From positions 151,858-215,857 of IMG/VR virus record IMGVR_UViG_3300028654_000384: a stretch of DNA of 64,000 nucleotides, one strand, 5' to 3'. Each line of letters begins with the position of its first letter. Position 1 is the first letter of the stretch. The notes under the pieces were generated by a model. That model saw only the letters and a program-made list of their open reading frames with translations, did no database searches and had not been told where the DNA came from. The position numbers and the translations under genes were made by a program. Below are positions 36,481 to 45,832 of this stretch, in pieces.

Positions 36481-36734
36481 CCAAAGAATACCTCGATCTA
36501 AGCGACGCCGTCTTCTACGAACTCAACGGTCACAACATCATCGTCCGCGCTGACGTGCCCTACGCTGACATCGGTGAACACTTGTTGTTGTCAAAGTGTC
36601 AACGCTTCGTCGCCGCCGTCTCGCAGCAACCTTCGCAGCCCGTGTTGCTGTTCACGCTGGCAGACGGGCGCCGCTTCATCACTAGTGACACCACGCAGGT
36701 CGCACAAGACTACCTGAAGAAGCAACAGAATTGA
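36477..36734 (+). CDS. Hypothetical protein
   Basis: GAGGA SD; GC3 bias. Confidence 0.6.
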   Translation: MTKEYLDLSDAVFYELNGHNIIVRADVPYADIGEHLLLSKCQRFVAAVSQQPSQPVLLFTLADGRRFITSDTTQVAQDYLKKQQN

Positions 36735-36747
36735 CCTTCACCCGGGG

Positions 36748-37383
36748 GTGGGTTATGATCAGTCGGTGAGCGGCATAACTTCTTCTGCGGACAATAAAGA
36801 ACAAAAATTGTCGCCGGGTCAGATTAGTGGTATCAAGCGAAAGGCCCGCTTTGAAGCATTTATGGAAGCTTTATGGCCACAGATTCAGGAACTTTACTAC
36901 ATCAAACAAATGGCTTTGATTGAAGTAGTTGATGAATTACATCGTCAAGGACATCTTAAATTATCATACAGTCGTTTGCACAAATGGTTGAAGAGAAAAC
37001 ATCTGATGCAACCTAAAAAAATCAAAGTCATACAATGTGGTGTGCCATGGTGTGGTAAGATGTTTCATCCCACGAGTTCTACACAAAAGCGATGTAATGT
37101 CTGCGCACCAGATGGTGCTGCTAATAATCGTTGGAACAAATATCAGATGACACAACCACAATTTGATGAATTTCTTGTAAAACAATCTGGACTTTGCATT
37201 GGTTGTTTACGAACACTAACGCCTGGTGTCATGGGTAAAGGTCTTCCTCACGTAGATCATTGTCATATTACAGGTCGAGTGCGTGGAATCTTATGTATGA
37301 GTTGTAACACGGTGTTGGGTCAATTACAAGATGACCCATCAAGGTTACGTCGTTTGGCTACATATATTGAGAAAAATCGATGA
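36748..37383 (+). CDS. Endonuclease VII (His-Me finger) family protein, probable homing endonuclease
   Basis: QSGLCIGC..HVDHCHITGRVRGILCMSCN..LG; AT-rich relative to flanks. Confidence 0.85.
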   Translation: MGYDQSVSGITSSADNKEQKLSPGQISGIKRKARFEAFMEALWPQIQELYYIKQMALIEVVDELHRQGHLKLSYSRLHKWLKRKHLMQPKKIKVIQCGVPWCGKMFHPTSSTQKRCNVCAPDGAANNRWNKYQMTQPQFDEFLVKQSGLCIGCLRTLTPGVMGKGLPHVDHCHITGRVRGILCMSCNTVLGQLQDDPSRLRRLATYIEKNR

Positions 37384-38408
37384 CGATCCATGATCCACTT
37401 GTCAGACGTGTTTTACCTGTCGGAACAATAGATTTATGCGTCGGTGAATCGCACCTGGTACGGCAGGCACTTCGTGACACCTTCACCCCGCCGAGTACCT
37501 TCGACTTGCTAGACGTTACAAACAATTGTGATTATCAGGAACCAGAGGGTTATCCACCACTGGTACAATCGCTTGAGAGGCGTCATGGCCAACATGTTGT
37601 CATTACCGCTGGAGCAAAACAAGGATTGGCGGCATGCTTCTATGCTGCAAAGCGTATGGGTATGGACGGATTGACAATGAGAACTCCGTATTGGTCACAG
37701 ATGCCGCATGCAGCTAAGATTATGGGTCTTATGCCTCATTTTACAGATGCGCCCATCAATAATTGCGCACATTTAATTGTCTCACCAAATAATCCAGATG
37801 GCCACGTGATGTCGCTTGCCGATGCAGCAGTGTTGAAGGAGCAGTGTCGTCAGTTGGGGGTACCACTCATTCACGACGCTGCTTATCACACGCCAGTCTA
37901 TCTCAATGAAATGACGTGTGCTGACCCACTACCAGATCTGGCAGATATTACGATCTATAGCGTCGCCAAGATGTATGGGATGTCAGGTCTCCGCATAGGG
38001 TGGGTTACTTGCAAGGACTTGGACTTTAAACAACACGTCTGCGACTACGTCGAAACGACGACGGTGGGTGTGTCGGTGCTGTCACAGCGCACCGCTCACC
38101 GCATCATTCAACTGGAAGAGACGGTCCCCGGCCTCCGCGAATTGTTCACCCACCGCGCCCAACAATTACTGATCGAAGCGAAGAAAGTCGCAGCGAAATT
38201 GGACCCTGACGTGTTGGATGCAACAGGTGTCGAGCAATCGATCGGGATGTTTGGCTGGTTCAAGGTAGGCCCGCGATTCGACAACGAGATCGCGAGGATT
38301 GCAGTGGCTCACGGCGAGCACTTCGGCGATGAGACCCGCGTTAGGCTCAATCTCGCCGTTGAACCTCACCTGCTCTACGAAGCGATCAGTCGCCTCAACA
38401 GGCTGTGA
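37380..38408 (+). CDS. PLP-dependent aminotransferase class I/II
   Basis: IDLCVGE, ITAGAKQGL, SPNNPDG, IHDAAY, SVAKMYGMSGLRIGW. Confidence 0.9.
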   Translation: MTIHDPLVRRVLPVGTIDLCVGESHLVRQALRDTFTPPSTFDLLDVTNNCDYQEPEGYPPLVQSLERRHGQHVVITAGAKQGLAACFYAAKRMGMDGLTMRTPYWSQMPHAAKIMGLMPHFTDAPINNCAHLIVSPNNPDGHVMSLADAAVLKEQCRQLGVPLIHDAAYHTPVYLNEMTCADPLPDLADITIYSVAKMYGMSGLRIGWVTCKDLDFKQHVCDYVETTTVGVSVLSQRTAHRIIQLEETVPGLRELFTHRAQQLLIEAKKVAAKLDPDVLDATGVEQSIGMFGWFKVGPRFDNEIARIAVAHGEHFGDETRVRLNLAVEPHLLYEAISRLNRL

Positions 38409-38439
38409 AAGTTACCACACGACTGGCATAGGATCAATC
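38405..38439 (+). promoter_or_regulatory. Phage promoter variant, leaderless
   Basis: TGAAAG-17-TAGGAT-CAATC-ATG. Confidence 0.65.
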
Positions 38440-38685
38440 ATGCCGTTGTTAGGTCAACAGAGTTTGAACATGCGGTTTCGCTACTGTGAGTGCGGTTGCA
38501 AGGGCTATGCATCGTCGACTCACTGGATCTTTTGGGACTTGATGAACAAGTTCGACGCCTACCGAGGCCACGGCTTCTCCGGCGTAAAGCTCCGAACGTG
38601 CAGCACACGGGCAGATGCAGAATTGGCGTGCAACAATGACGTTGAGCTAGCTCGCGTAATCAAGTGCATGCAGGTGTCGACGTGA
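38440..38685 (+). CDS. Small Cys-motif protein
   Basis: CECGCKG; starts at promoter ATG. Confidence 0.6.
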   Translation: MPLLGQQSLNMRFRYCECGCKGYASSTHWIFWDLMNKFDAYRGHGFSGVKLRTCSTRADAELACNNDVELARVIKCMQVST

Positions 38686-38876
38686 GGGAATCGGGGTGGG
38701 TGAGTGGTGACGGCCATGAGGCCGGAAACGACGCGCTGGTGTGTTTCAAGACGCGGCGGTGGTGGCGCCTATTTTTCATCACTGGCGCTCGCGTCAGCCC
38801 TCCACGACAGGGCGATGGGTTCTGGTACTTGGGTGTCGAAGGGGTGTCGTGGTTGCACCTGGCGGGTGAGTGGTGA
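38682..38876 (+). CDS. Hypothetical protein
   Basis: GTGA coupling on both sides. Confidence 0.5.
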   Translation: MRESGWVSGDGHEAGNDALVCFKTRRWWRLFFITGARVSPPRQGDGFWYLGVEGVSWLHLAGEW

Positions 38877-39112
38877 GAGAGTTTCGGATAGGACCACACG
38901 CTGTCAATGATCCACAGACATGGCCTCCGGGGTCACTGATGAAGTATGACACTAGTGTGCGTGACGCAGACGACCGCCGCCTGCACCGCAATGACTTTGG
39001 GTTGGTCGTTGCGAACGATGGTGAGTGCGTCAGGGTCTTGTGGAAGGGGTTGCGCTTTTCCCACTATCAAATCAACCTTCTCAATCCCGATGTCATCTTT
39101 CCGATCTTGTAA
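38870..39112 (+). CDS. PGxL/SH3-like family protein
   Basis: PPGSLM..FGLVVA..VRVLW. Confidence 0.6.
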   Translation: MVREFRIGPHAVNDPQTWPPGSLMKYDTSVRDADDRRLHRNDFGLVVANDGECVRVLWKGLRFSHYQINLLNPDVIFPIL

Positions 39113-39130
39113 GGATGCTTGCCTATTTAG

Positions 39131-39433
39131 ATGGTGAAGTACCAGATCGATGAACGCCAAACGCGTGATGCAGTAGGTGAAGCTCTCAAGAGTGATAGGT
39201 TCGTTCGTTTTTTTCCACACATCATCACCAAGTGGTACGAGACGCACGTCATCACGTTCAGTGACTTGCCCCGTGCATTGCCAATTTCGCGGGACGACTG
39301 GACGGAGCATGATCACCACCGTGCAATGGTCGAACGAACACATGCAGTCGTGACCGTGGGTGATGATGCATCGTTCTCCTGTGTCGTTGAACGTGTAACA
39401 GCTGATCACGTTGTAGTGTTACTCGGGAGATGA
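39131..39433 (+). CDS. Hypothetical protein
   Basis: In-line ORF of 100 aa. Confidence 0.55.
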   Translation: MVKYQIDERQTRDAVGEALKSDRFVRFFPHIITKWYETHVITFSDLPRALPISRDDWTEHDHHRAMVERTHAVVTVGDDASFSCVVERVTADHVVVLLGR

Positions 39434-39436
39434 GCG

Positions 39437-40489
39437 GTGTTGCAACCTGGTGATCGCATCATTGATGTCAAGTTGACGTTCAAGAGACCGGGAACATTGC
39501 TTGGTATCAGCTACGACGACCTAGGTCATGCAACAGTTCTGTGGGATGATGGTGAATTCGAGCAAGGTGTGCCAATCGAGAACATTGGGCCATGGGAACC
39601 ACACAACTTGAAGGAATGGTCGGGTAGTAGGATACGTAGATCCATGCGAGTTCGCCTTGGCCTGCTGCGTGAGTACCTCCGTGAGGTGGTGCTTCGCGAG
39701 ATGGTGCCCATGTCGGGCATGACGTCGCCGTCTGCACCCGGTGATGACGATGCAACGGTGCCGGGTCACCTGCCCAATGAGTTGCCGCCGAGCGCCACGT
39801 TGTCTGACGAGGAGATCAATGGCGGGGGCCTTGATGAGACGGACGATCGGACGGTGGGTGACGGCGACGGTGAGGGCGGCATCGACGATCCTGACACCAA
39901 CCCCGAAGGCAAGATGGCACCGCACCTGCGCACCGACGACGACACATCATTGGGATCGCCTCCTGAAGAACGGCCCAACAAAGGCTTCTATGAGTCGACG
40001 TGGCTCAACCGTGAGATCAAGCGCTTCATGCTGCAGGAGAATCCCGCCGGCGCGGGCATGGTCGATCCTGTTAAGCCACCCCATGGTTTCTATAGCGATT
40101 TTGATGCCGTAAAAGACCACGGCGATGTCGCCAAGATGCAGGGTGCATGGTACAGGTCACCTGGTCGCGAACCCGGCGGCGAGGGCGATCCCTTCAGGGG
40201 CGAGGACGCCAATGCGCAGTTGGGCTTTCACCCGCCCGCCGGCGAGAACACCCCCGACGCGGCACCACCCGAGACGATGGGCATGGCAGGCGTCGCCGCC
40301 CGGCGCGCTCCACCTGAATGGACGTTGAATGCGGGCAGCGACACATCGAAGGTGTTGGGAGCAGGCGCAAAGCCGTCCGACGGCGCAGGCTCAATGGACA
40401 GCGATTCAGGTGAAGGGGGCGACGACGGAGCGGGTGATGCCGACAAAGAGCCCAACGACGAAGGGGCCGACGATGCGACCGCCGACTGA
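39437..40489 (+). CDS. Acidic low-complexity protein with N-terminal SH3-like segment and LREYLRE motif
   Basis: QPGDRI..VLWDDG; LGLLREYLREVVLRE; D/G/P-rich tails. Confidence 0.7.
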   Translation: MLQPGDRIIDVKLTFKRPGTLLGISYDDLGHATVLWDDGEFEQGVPIENIGPWEPHNLKEWSGSRIRRSMRVRLGLLREYLREVVLREMVPMSGMTSPSAPGDDDATVPGHLPNELPPSATLSDEEINGGGLDETDDRTVGDGDGEGGIDDPDTNPEGKMAPHLRTDDDTSLGSPPEERPNKGFYESTWLNREIKRFMLQENPAGAGMVDPVKPPHGFYSDFDAVKDHGDVAKMQGAWYRSPGREPGGEGDPFRGEDANAQLGFHPPAGENTPDAAPPETMGMAGVAARRAPPEWTLNAGSDTSKVLGAGAKPSDGAGSMDSDSGEGGDDGAGDADKEPNDEGADDATAD

Positions 40490-40492
40490 CAT

Positions 40493-40528
40493 GTGCAAGT
40501 TGCTTCATCGTTGGCATAGGATGTGATC
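40493..40528 (+). promoter_or_regulatory. Phage consensus promoter, leaderless
   Basis: TGCAAG-17-TAGGAT-GTGATC-ATG. Confidence 0.75.
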
Positions 40529-40894
40529 ATGCCTGGCTTCATCCTCCGCGTGTACACTTACCACAACGATCCCGTCGCGATCACCAACAACGTCCTGTTG
40601 AGATCGCGGTACTCCCACGACGAACCCTTCACTGCCGAGGCCATCGTCAATGACCTGATGTTGGGCGAGCCCTTCGACGGCCTGCTCGACGACATTGAGG
40701 CCAAGTGGGAGTGCAAGATTGCCTTCTGTGACGATGACATCTACGACGGCGTGCGAGTCGTGGAACTCGACGTCTTCGAACCCACCTACAAGACTGCTGC
40801 ACAAGCACGGCAGGTCCTCGATGAGATCGCTGCACAGGCGTCGGGGTGGGTGAAGGGTACCGTGCAACCTGAACCGAATAGGTATCAGTCATGA
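40529..40894 (+). CDS. Hypothetical protein, leaderless cassette
   Basis: ORF at promoter ATG. Confidence 0.7.
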   Translation: MPGFILRVYTYHNDPVAITNNVLLRSRYSHDEPFTAEAIVNDLMLGEPFDGLLDDIEAKWECKIAFCDDDIYDGVRVVELDVFEPTYKTAAQARQVLDEIAAQASGWVKGTVQPEPNRYQS

Positions 40895-41373
40895 ATAGAA
40901 CATCGTTCCTCGGTCTCATCGCCTCGGCAATTCTTGCCCTGTTGAGCGGTTGCTCCACGGCGTACGACGCTCAACCGGTTGCCTACGGCGTGTCAACGCC
41001 CACTGCCAGCGTCGCCGTCGTGGGGACTGATTACGTCTATCCCACCGGCGCCATCATCGTTGAGCCGGGCTACTACTACACCGACACCTACGTCGATGGT
41101 TACCCATACCGCAACTACTACCGCTTCGGCGGCGGTCGTTGGAACACGGTGGGGCATTATGCTCGGCCAAACGTACGCATCGGCGTCGGAGCAGCCGCTC
41201 GGGGCGGTCACCCGTACGTCAATCACGGCAGCATGCACGGTGCTCCTGCAGGCCACGCGGTGGGCCCCGCACACGTGGGTGGGGGTAACCACGGAGGCGG
41301 GGGCAGTCACGGTAGTGGGCACGCCGGGGGCGGCGGTCACGGCGGCGGGGGACGCGGAGGAGGGCACCGATGA
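40891..41373 (+). CDS. Lipoprotein with Tyr-rich core and Gly/His-rich disordered tail
   Basis: Lipobox LSGC; GGGNHGGGGSHG tail. Confidence 0.75.
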   Translation: MNRTSFLGLIASAILALLSGCSTAYDAQPVAYGVSTPTASVAVVGTDYVYPTGAIIVEPGYYYTDTYVDGYPYRNYYRFGGGRWNTVGHYARPNVRIGVGAAARGGHPYVNHGSMHGAPAGHAVGPAHVGGGNHGGGGSHGSGHAGGGGHGGGGRGGGHR

Positions 41374-42044
41374 AGAAGCAGACTGCATCGCTCAAGGCGT
41401 TACGCAAGGCCATCGCCGAAGCGCTGGAGAATGACGACCTCAACTCCATCGAGGTGGGGGACGTCGTCGAAGTGGATCTCGATGAAATTGGCATTCTGCC
41501 CGTGCGGGTCATTGAGCTGTTCGATGACGTCAATGCCGTGGCGGGTGGCGAGGCCCCGCGCAATCCGGGTGAGTTCTCCGGACCTGGCTTCTTGGGTGAG
41601 ATTGACCCCGAGTCGGGCGAATCAGGCCGCATGGTCTTTTCGCTGAATCAGGTATTGCCGGGTAGCAAAGCCAAGGGCTACTTTCCACGTGACGTCGACG
41701 ACGTTGATCTCGATGCGCGACCCGACGTTGACGAAGGTGACAAGGTCGACGGCTACGTCGCCAACACCGACGGCGATCCACACAAAGAAGACCACGCTGA
41801 TCCGACGGGACGTAACTGGGGTGCTAGCCTCGATGAACTTGACGAGAGCAATTACAGTAGCTTCGGTGGGATCAATGAAGACATCACTGAAGAGGTAGGC
41901 GAGACGTTCTATCGCCTGCTGATGAAGCACTTCTCGGCCGAGCACCTAAAGCGCGGCACTCTGGAGATTCTGCGGCGCAACGTCGAAGAATGTGTCAGCG
42001 AACAAGTCGACAAATTGACTGGCATCACCAGCTGGCGCAGGTAG
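41370..42044 (+). CDS. Acidic hypothetical protein with LRKAIAEALE N-terminal motif
   Basis: 224 aa; IEVGDVVEV SH3-like segment. Confidence 0.7.
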   Translation: MKKQTASLKALRKAIAEALENDDLNSIEVGDVVEVDLDEIGILPVRVIELFDDVNAVAGGEAPRNPGEFSGPGFLGEIDPESGESGRMVFSLNQVLPGSKAKGYFPRDVDDVDLDARPDVDEGDKVDGYVANTDGDPHKEDHADPTGRNWGASLDELDESNYSSFGGINEDITEEVGETFYRLLMKHFSAEHLKRGTLEILRRNVEECVSEQVDKLTGITSWRR

Positions 42045-42046
42045 AC

Positions 42047-43471
42047 TTACTCGACGTGGATCACGCCGTCGACGTCGACAAGCACCAACCAACACACGTT
42101 CGATGGCACGCTGACCGTCTGCTTGTGCTCGGGCACCTGCAGCAGGATTGAGCTGGGCGTCAGGTTGCGGACGGTCATGGTGTGAGACTTCAGCGGCGCC
42201 GGCGGAAGATTGATCGTCAACCCGACGACCGTTCCCTCGAGCCGCAGGTTCTTGGTGGTTGCATCGGGCGTGACGCTCAGCGTCACCTGTCGTGGCACCG
42301 CTGCCACATAGCGCGACCACACGCCGTTGCCGTCGAGGGTCGCCTTCAACCAACCCTGCAAGTTGCCGTTGGGCCCCGTCGTGGCGACGGTCATGTTGCC
42401 CGCAGTGCCGCCTTCTGTCAGTGACGGTACGGGCTTTGACGTGTCGAGCGGCGCGCGGTAACGTTCAACGAGGCTGGCGATCCTATCCTTCGACTCCACG
42501 GCCAACTGCGTCATCGTGGCCCGAATGTGAGCGTTGGCCTCATTGGGCTGCCACGTCCACCTGGGTGCGCGGTCCTTCTCGACGGCCAGCCACTTGTCGA
42601 TGGCGTTGTAGAAACCCGTGCTGACGCCGCCGTTGCGGTACGGGTGCCGCAGGCTGCCGCGCTGGTGGGCAACGAAGGGCACATCGCCGTCCACATGGAA
42701 TTCTTCGTGATAGTCGCCGAGGCCCTTCAGGACGATGGCGGTGCCCGAGCCCTTCAGGTGCTTCCACCCGACGTAGTTGATGTTGCGAGAGTGCAGGTAT
42801 TCCGGGATCTGCCAACCCACATCGCACAGCACCTGGTAGCCCACGGGCAGGTTGTAGATCTTGGCCTGACCTTCATTGGTGATGTTGAGGGTGTTGCTCT
42901 TGCTGGGCACCACCTTGAGATCGCGCCAGCGGTGGGCCGGCGACATCGCCAGCCACGCGGTGTACGGGATGCCCTTGAACGTCTGGTTGGTGCCGTTGCC
43001 GCTGGAGAAACCTCCGATGTCTTCGAAGGTGGCACCGCAGATGCCGGTGCCCCTGTCGAGCAATTCGTTACGAACGTAGTCATCCCACCCCTTTGCCAAC
43101 ACCACAGTGTCGCTGTCGACGTTGAGGTGGATGTCGCCATCGTCTGTCATTGCCAACCCGTGCTCGATGACGACGCCGTGGGCCATCGAACCACCCTGGC
43201 CCCCGACGCCGCCGTCGGTGCTCGGCACGCAGAATGTCTGTGTATTCGGCAGTGATCTCAACCGTTCCGCTGCGGTGGGCCCAATGCAGTGCACCGTCAT
43301 CTTGAGGGCCTCGGGATGGTTGGCCAACATTCGCATTGTTTCCCACATAAATGTGACGTAGGGTACGGTTGACTTATCGCTATGACAGTGGGCGTGGATG
43401 ACGGGTGTGTCCATGTGGGTGCGCTCGCCTTTCGGGTATCTTACGGCGAATTGTGTGACGTGGGTCGGCAA
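42047..43471 (-). CDS. Putative GT-A glycosyltransferase with C-terminal extension
   Basis: HG..IEHGL and LNVDSDTVVL DxD motif then GICGA; only sizeable minus-strand gene after 11 kb; strong GC3 bias. Confidence 0.6.
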   Translation of the reverse strand: MPTHVTQFAVRYPKGERTHMDTPVIHAHCHSDKSTVPYVTFMWETMRMLANHPEALKMTVHCIGPTAAERLRSLPNTQTFCVPSTDGGVGGQGGSMAHGVVIEHGLAMTDDGDIHLNVDSDTVVLAKGWDDYVRNELLDRGTGICGATFEDIGGFSSGNGTNQTFKGIPYTAWLAMSPAHRWRDLKVVPSKSNTLNITNEGQAKIYNLPVGYQVLCDVGWQIPEYLHSRNINYVGWKHLKGSGTAIVLKGLGDYHEEFHVDGDVPFVAHQRGSLRHPYRNGGVSTGFYNAIDKWLAVEKDRAPRWTWQPNEANAHIRATMTQLAVESKDRIASLVERYRAPLDTSKPVPSLTEGGTAGNMTVATTGPNGNLQGWLKATLDGNGVWSRYVAAVPRQVTLSVTPDATTKNLRLEGTVVGLTINLPPAPLKSHTMTVRNLTPSSILLQVPEHKQTVSVPSNVCWLVLVDVDGVIHVE

Positions 43472-43479
43472 AGTGCACA

Positions 43480-43515
43480 GTGCAAGTCACTTCGACGTGG
43501 TGGTAGGATGTTAAC
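43480..43515 (+). promoter_or_regulatory. Phage consensus promoter, leaderless
   Basis: TGCAAG-17-TAGGAT-GTTAAC-ATG. Confidence 0.75.
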
Positions 43516-44037
43516 ATGGCGTCCACTCCCGTACCCGGCAAACGAACCAAGTCGATGGAACTCAATGCGATCCGAGGATCAATGAACGAGTCGCCCCCAC
43601 CGCCACCCCCGAACATGACCACCCGCGAGTGGTTCGCTGGCTTAGCGTTGATGAACGCTGCGTTGATGAAGGACTTGCCGGTGACCATGCGTGCAGCTGA
43701 AGCCGTCCGCCTCGCCGACGAACTGATGGCGGCACTGGCGGTGCCACGGGTGCCGAGCAAGGCATCGATGGAGGCACCGTCGGAGACCGACATGGGTGCG
43801 TGGGATCAACACGTTGTCGACAAGCGTGAGAAGTCGACCCCGGGAACGCGAGACACCAACCCGGCATGTGCCATGGCCCGAGGCGACGTCGACGCGGGGC
43901 AATCTAAATCCACCGAAGCCAGCGTTCACTTTCGCCGTGCTAACAATGAATTGACGGCGGCACTCGACGACCTGCATGATACTTCAACGCAGTCGCCGGG
44001 CAGGTACTCGACGCTCAACGTCAATGACGATGAGTGA
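43516..44037 (+). CDS. Hypothetical protein
   Basis: MTTREWFAGLALM..A..AVRLADELM motif; leaderless start. Confidence 0.7.
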   Translation: MASTPVPGKRTKSMELNAIRGSMNESPPPPPPNMTTREWFAGLALMNAALMKDLPVTMRAAEAVRLADELMAALAVPRVPSKASMEAPSETDMGAWDQHVVDKREKSTPGTRDTNPACAMARGDVDAGQSKSTEASVHFRRANNELTAALDDLHDTSTQSPGRYSTLNVNDDE

Positions 44038-44038
44038 C

Positions 44039-44272
44039 ATGAAACCCGGTGATCTGATCGAGTGGTTCTACACGTCGAACGACAAAGCAGTTAAACCTCG
44101 TGAAGAGCTGTGGTCGTCGATCGATAAACACTACGTGACCATTGGCGGCACCCACCTACTGATTTCCCGTGCTGACGAGGTGCTGACATTCCTCACCATG
44201 GGCAGTGACAAGGGGTTGCTCCGCGCGCGCGAGGATGATTCGGGGAGTGAACACGAGTGCATAAAAAAGTAG
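44039..44272 (+). CDS. KPGDLIEW family protein (member D), translated through a solitary CRISPR-like repeat
   Basis: MKPGDLIEWFY..EELWSSI..IGGTHLLISRADEVLTFL..GLLRAREDDS. Confidence 0.75.
   Translation: MKPGDLIEWFYTSNDKAVKPREELWSSIDKHYVTIGGTHLLISRADEVLTFLTMGSDKGLLRAREDDSGSEHECIKK
44214..44242 (+). CRISPR. Solitary type I-E-like repeat unit
   Basis: GGTTGCTCCGCGCGCGCGAGGATGATTCG, 27/29 identical to the array repeat. Confidence 0.65.
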
Positions 44273-44280
44273 GATGACAC

Positions 44281-44979
44281 ATGCTGATCGTGCTATCAGG
44301 TGAAGCGGGTGCAGGCAAGGACGCCGTTGCTCGGGTGTTGGCCGAGCACCACGGCTACATCATGCACTCGCTGTCGGCGCCGCTCAAGCGCTTCGCCGAA
44401 GACATGTTCGGCTTCAGCGACACACAGTTGTACGGGCCCTCGCGGTACCGCAATGAACCCGACCCGAGGTGGGCGCGCCCGTGTTCGACGTGTGGTGGCT
44501 TGGGCAAAGTCTACGGCACTGACATTCCGCATGCCCAGTGTAGGGGCACCGGCAAGCTCAATGACAATTCGCCACGCCGTGTACTGCAATTGCTGGGTGA
44601 CGAGTGGCTACGCCAGATGATCCACCCCGATGCGCTGACGATACGCGCGAGATCTGAACTGGAAGACTTGCTAGCCGATGATTGCAGTGTCGTCATCAAT
44701 GATGCGCGCTTTGCCAATGACCGCGACAATTTACGTGCATGGTTGGGGGCCCACCGGGTCGACGTCAGGGCGCTGGGAAAGCAGGTCAAGTCAGCCGCCT
44801 GGCGCAGCCATGGCAGTGAATTATCGAGGCCCACCGACGATGAAGTCGAGTACGTGCTGGTGAACCCGGAAGAGTTTCCGTTTCCTGGGCTCAAGACGCG
44901 TGTGGACGACATGCTGGTGAAGTTGGCCTCAAGAATTGAGGTGCCCGAAGGGCATGCAGTTCCTGCACGGACGCCATGA
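44281..44979 (+). CDS. Deoxynucleoside monophosphate kinase (phage type)
   Basis: LSGEAGAGKDAVA P-loop; LSAPLK; PRRVLQLLGDE; VINDARFAND; HGSE. Confidence 0.85.
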   Translation: MLIVLSGEAGAGKDAVARVLAEHHGYIMHSLSAPLKRFAEDMFGFSDTQLYGPSRYRNEPDPRWARPCSTCGGLGKVYGTDIPHAQCRGTGKLNDNSPRRVLQLLGDEWLRQMIHPDALTIRARSELEDLLADDCSVVINDARFANDRDNLRAWLGAHRVDVRALGKQVKSAAWRSHGSELSRPTDDEVEYVLVNPEEFPFPGLKTRVDDMLVKLASRIEVPEGHAVPARTP

Positions 44980-45389
44980 AATATCGACCTGAAATCAGTG
45001 GCGAGCTGCAACTCCATTCGATTCCCATCTTCATCGAACGCGTCGGGCACGTTGATCCCATGCGGTGCGGCACCTTCGTCGAGCTGTTGCACAAGCAGGC
45101 GACGGTGAAGTTATACGCCGACTTCGACGATCGCGCCGGCGGGCTGGCCATATGCGAGGCGGGGGTGGGGGTGGTGTTCGACCACGTATGGCACGTGGAT
45201 CCGTTGGAGCTGCGCTCCGCACAAGCGGTGGAGCACGTGCACTCGCAGTCATATGGGCACCTGAAGTTGAAGAATGTCTATGAATTCCTGTGGTACCGAG
45301 TGAGGTTTAATCGTGGCACCTTCTTGGCGAGGTACAACTGGTTGACGGAAGGAGTGACGGCGCCGGTCGAGCAAAAAGTGTCGCCGTGA
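44976..45389 (+). CDS. Hypothetical protein
   Basis: ATGA coupling to kinase gene. Confidence 0.65.
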   Translation: MKYRPEISGELQLHSIPIFIERVGHVDPMRCGTFVELLHKQATVKLYADFDDRAGGLAICEAGVGVVFDHVWHVDPLELRSAQAVEHVHSQSYGHLKLKNVYEFLWYRVRFNRGTFLARYNWLTEGVTAPVEQKVSP

Positions 45390-45398
45390 CGTAAAACG

Positions 45399-45434
45399 GT
45401 GAAACAAGCTGACGTAGCCTGATATAGTACTTGA
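45399..45434 (+). promoter_or_regulatory. Promoter variant upstream of tRNA cluster
   Basis: TGAAAC-17-TATAGT. Confidence 0.55.
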
Positions 45435-45445
45435 TACCGGCAAGA

Positions 45446-45520
45446 CGAACCGTAGCTCAGCATGGTTAGAGCATCGCACTGATATTGCGAGGGTCAGGGG
45501 TTCGACTCCCTTCGGTTCGA
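45446..45520 (+). tRNA. trnI: tRNA-Ile(GAT)
   Basis: Full cloverleaf; TCGCA-CTGATAT-TGCGA; TTCGACT; CCA not encoded. Confidence 0.9.
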
Positions 45521-45751
45521 CGACGAAATCACACAAGAAGAAATCATGAATACCCAACCCGCACAGAAAAAGCTCGTAAAGCAGTGGCAGCGTTATGCTG
45601 TTGCTGCCAATCAAGATACGTGAGCGCGGAGCCTCTCAGCTTCGCAAACGCTCCGAAGCTGGTGAGATGAAGGTGAAGAAAGAGCCGACACCGAACCAGC
45701 CGAGGAGGAAAGGAACTTCCCTCGGCAATCGTCGTTTCGACACAACACACT

Positions 45752-45832
45752 GGTGTGCTATACCGCTATGGAGACGGGGCAGTCTGTAACACTGTCGCTT
45801 AAGCTCGCAGGGTTCGATTCCCTGGCGCACCA
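45752..45832 (+). tRNA. trnY: tRNA-Tyr(GTA)
   Basis: GGTGTGC/GCGCACC; CTGTAAC loop; long variable arm; TTCGATT. Confidence 0.9.

Noticed and set aside
45546-45623. Peptide MNTQPAQKKLVKQWQRYAVAANQDT containing YAVAA, as a possible trans-acting tmRNA tag frame
   Set aside because: The frame does not stop after AA, and there is no resume-codon context or pseudoknot; likely coincidence.
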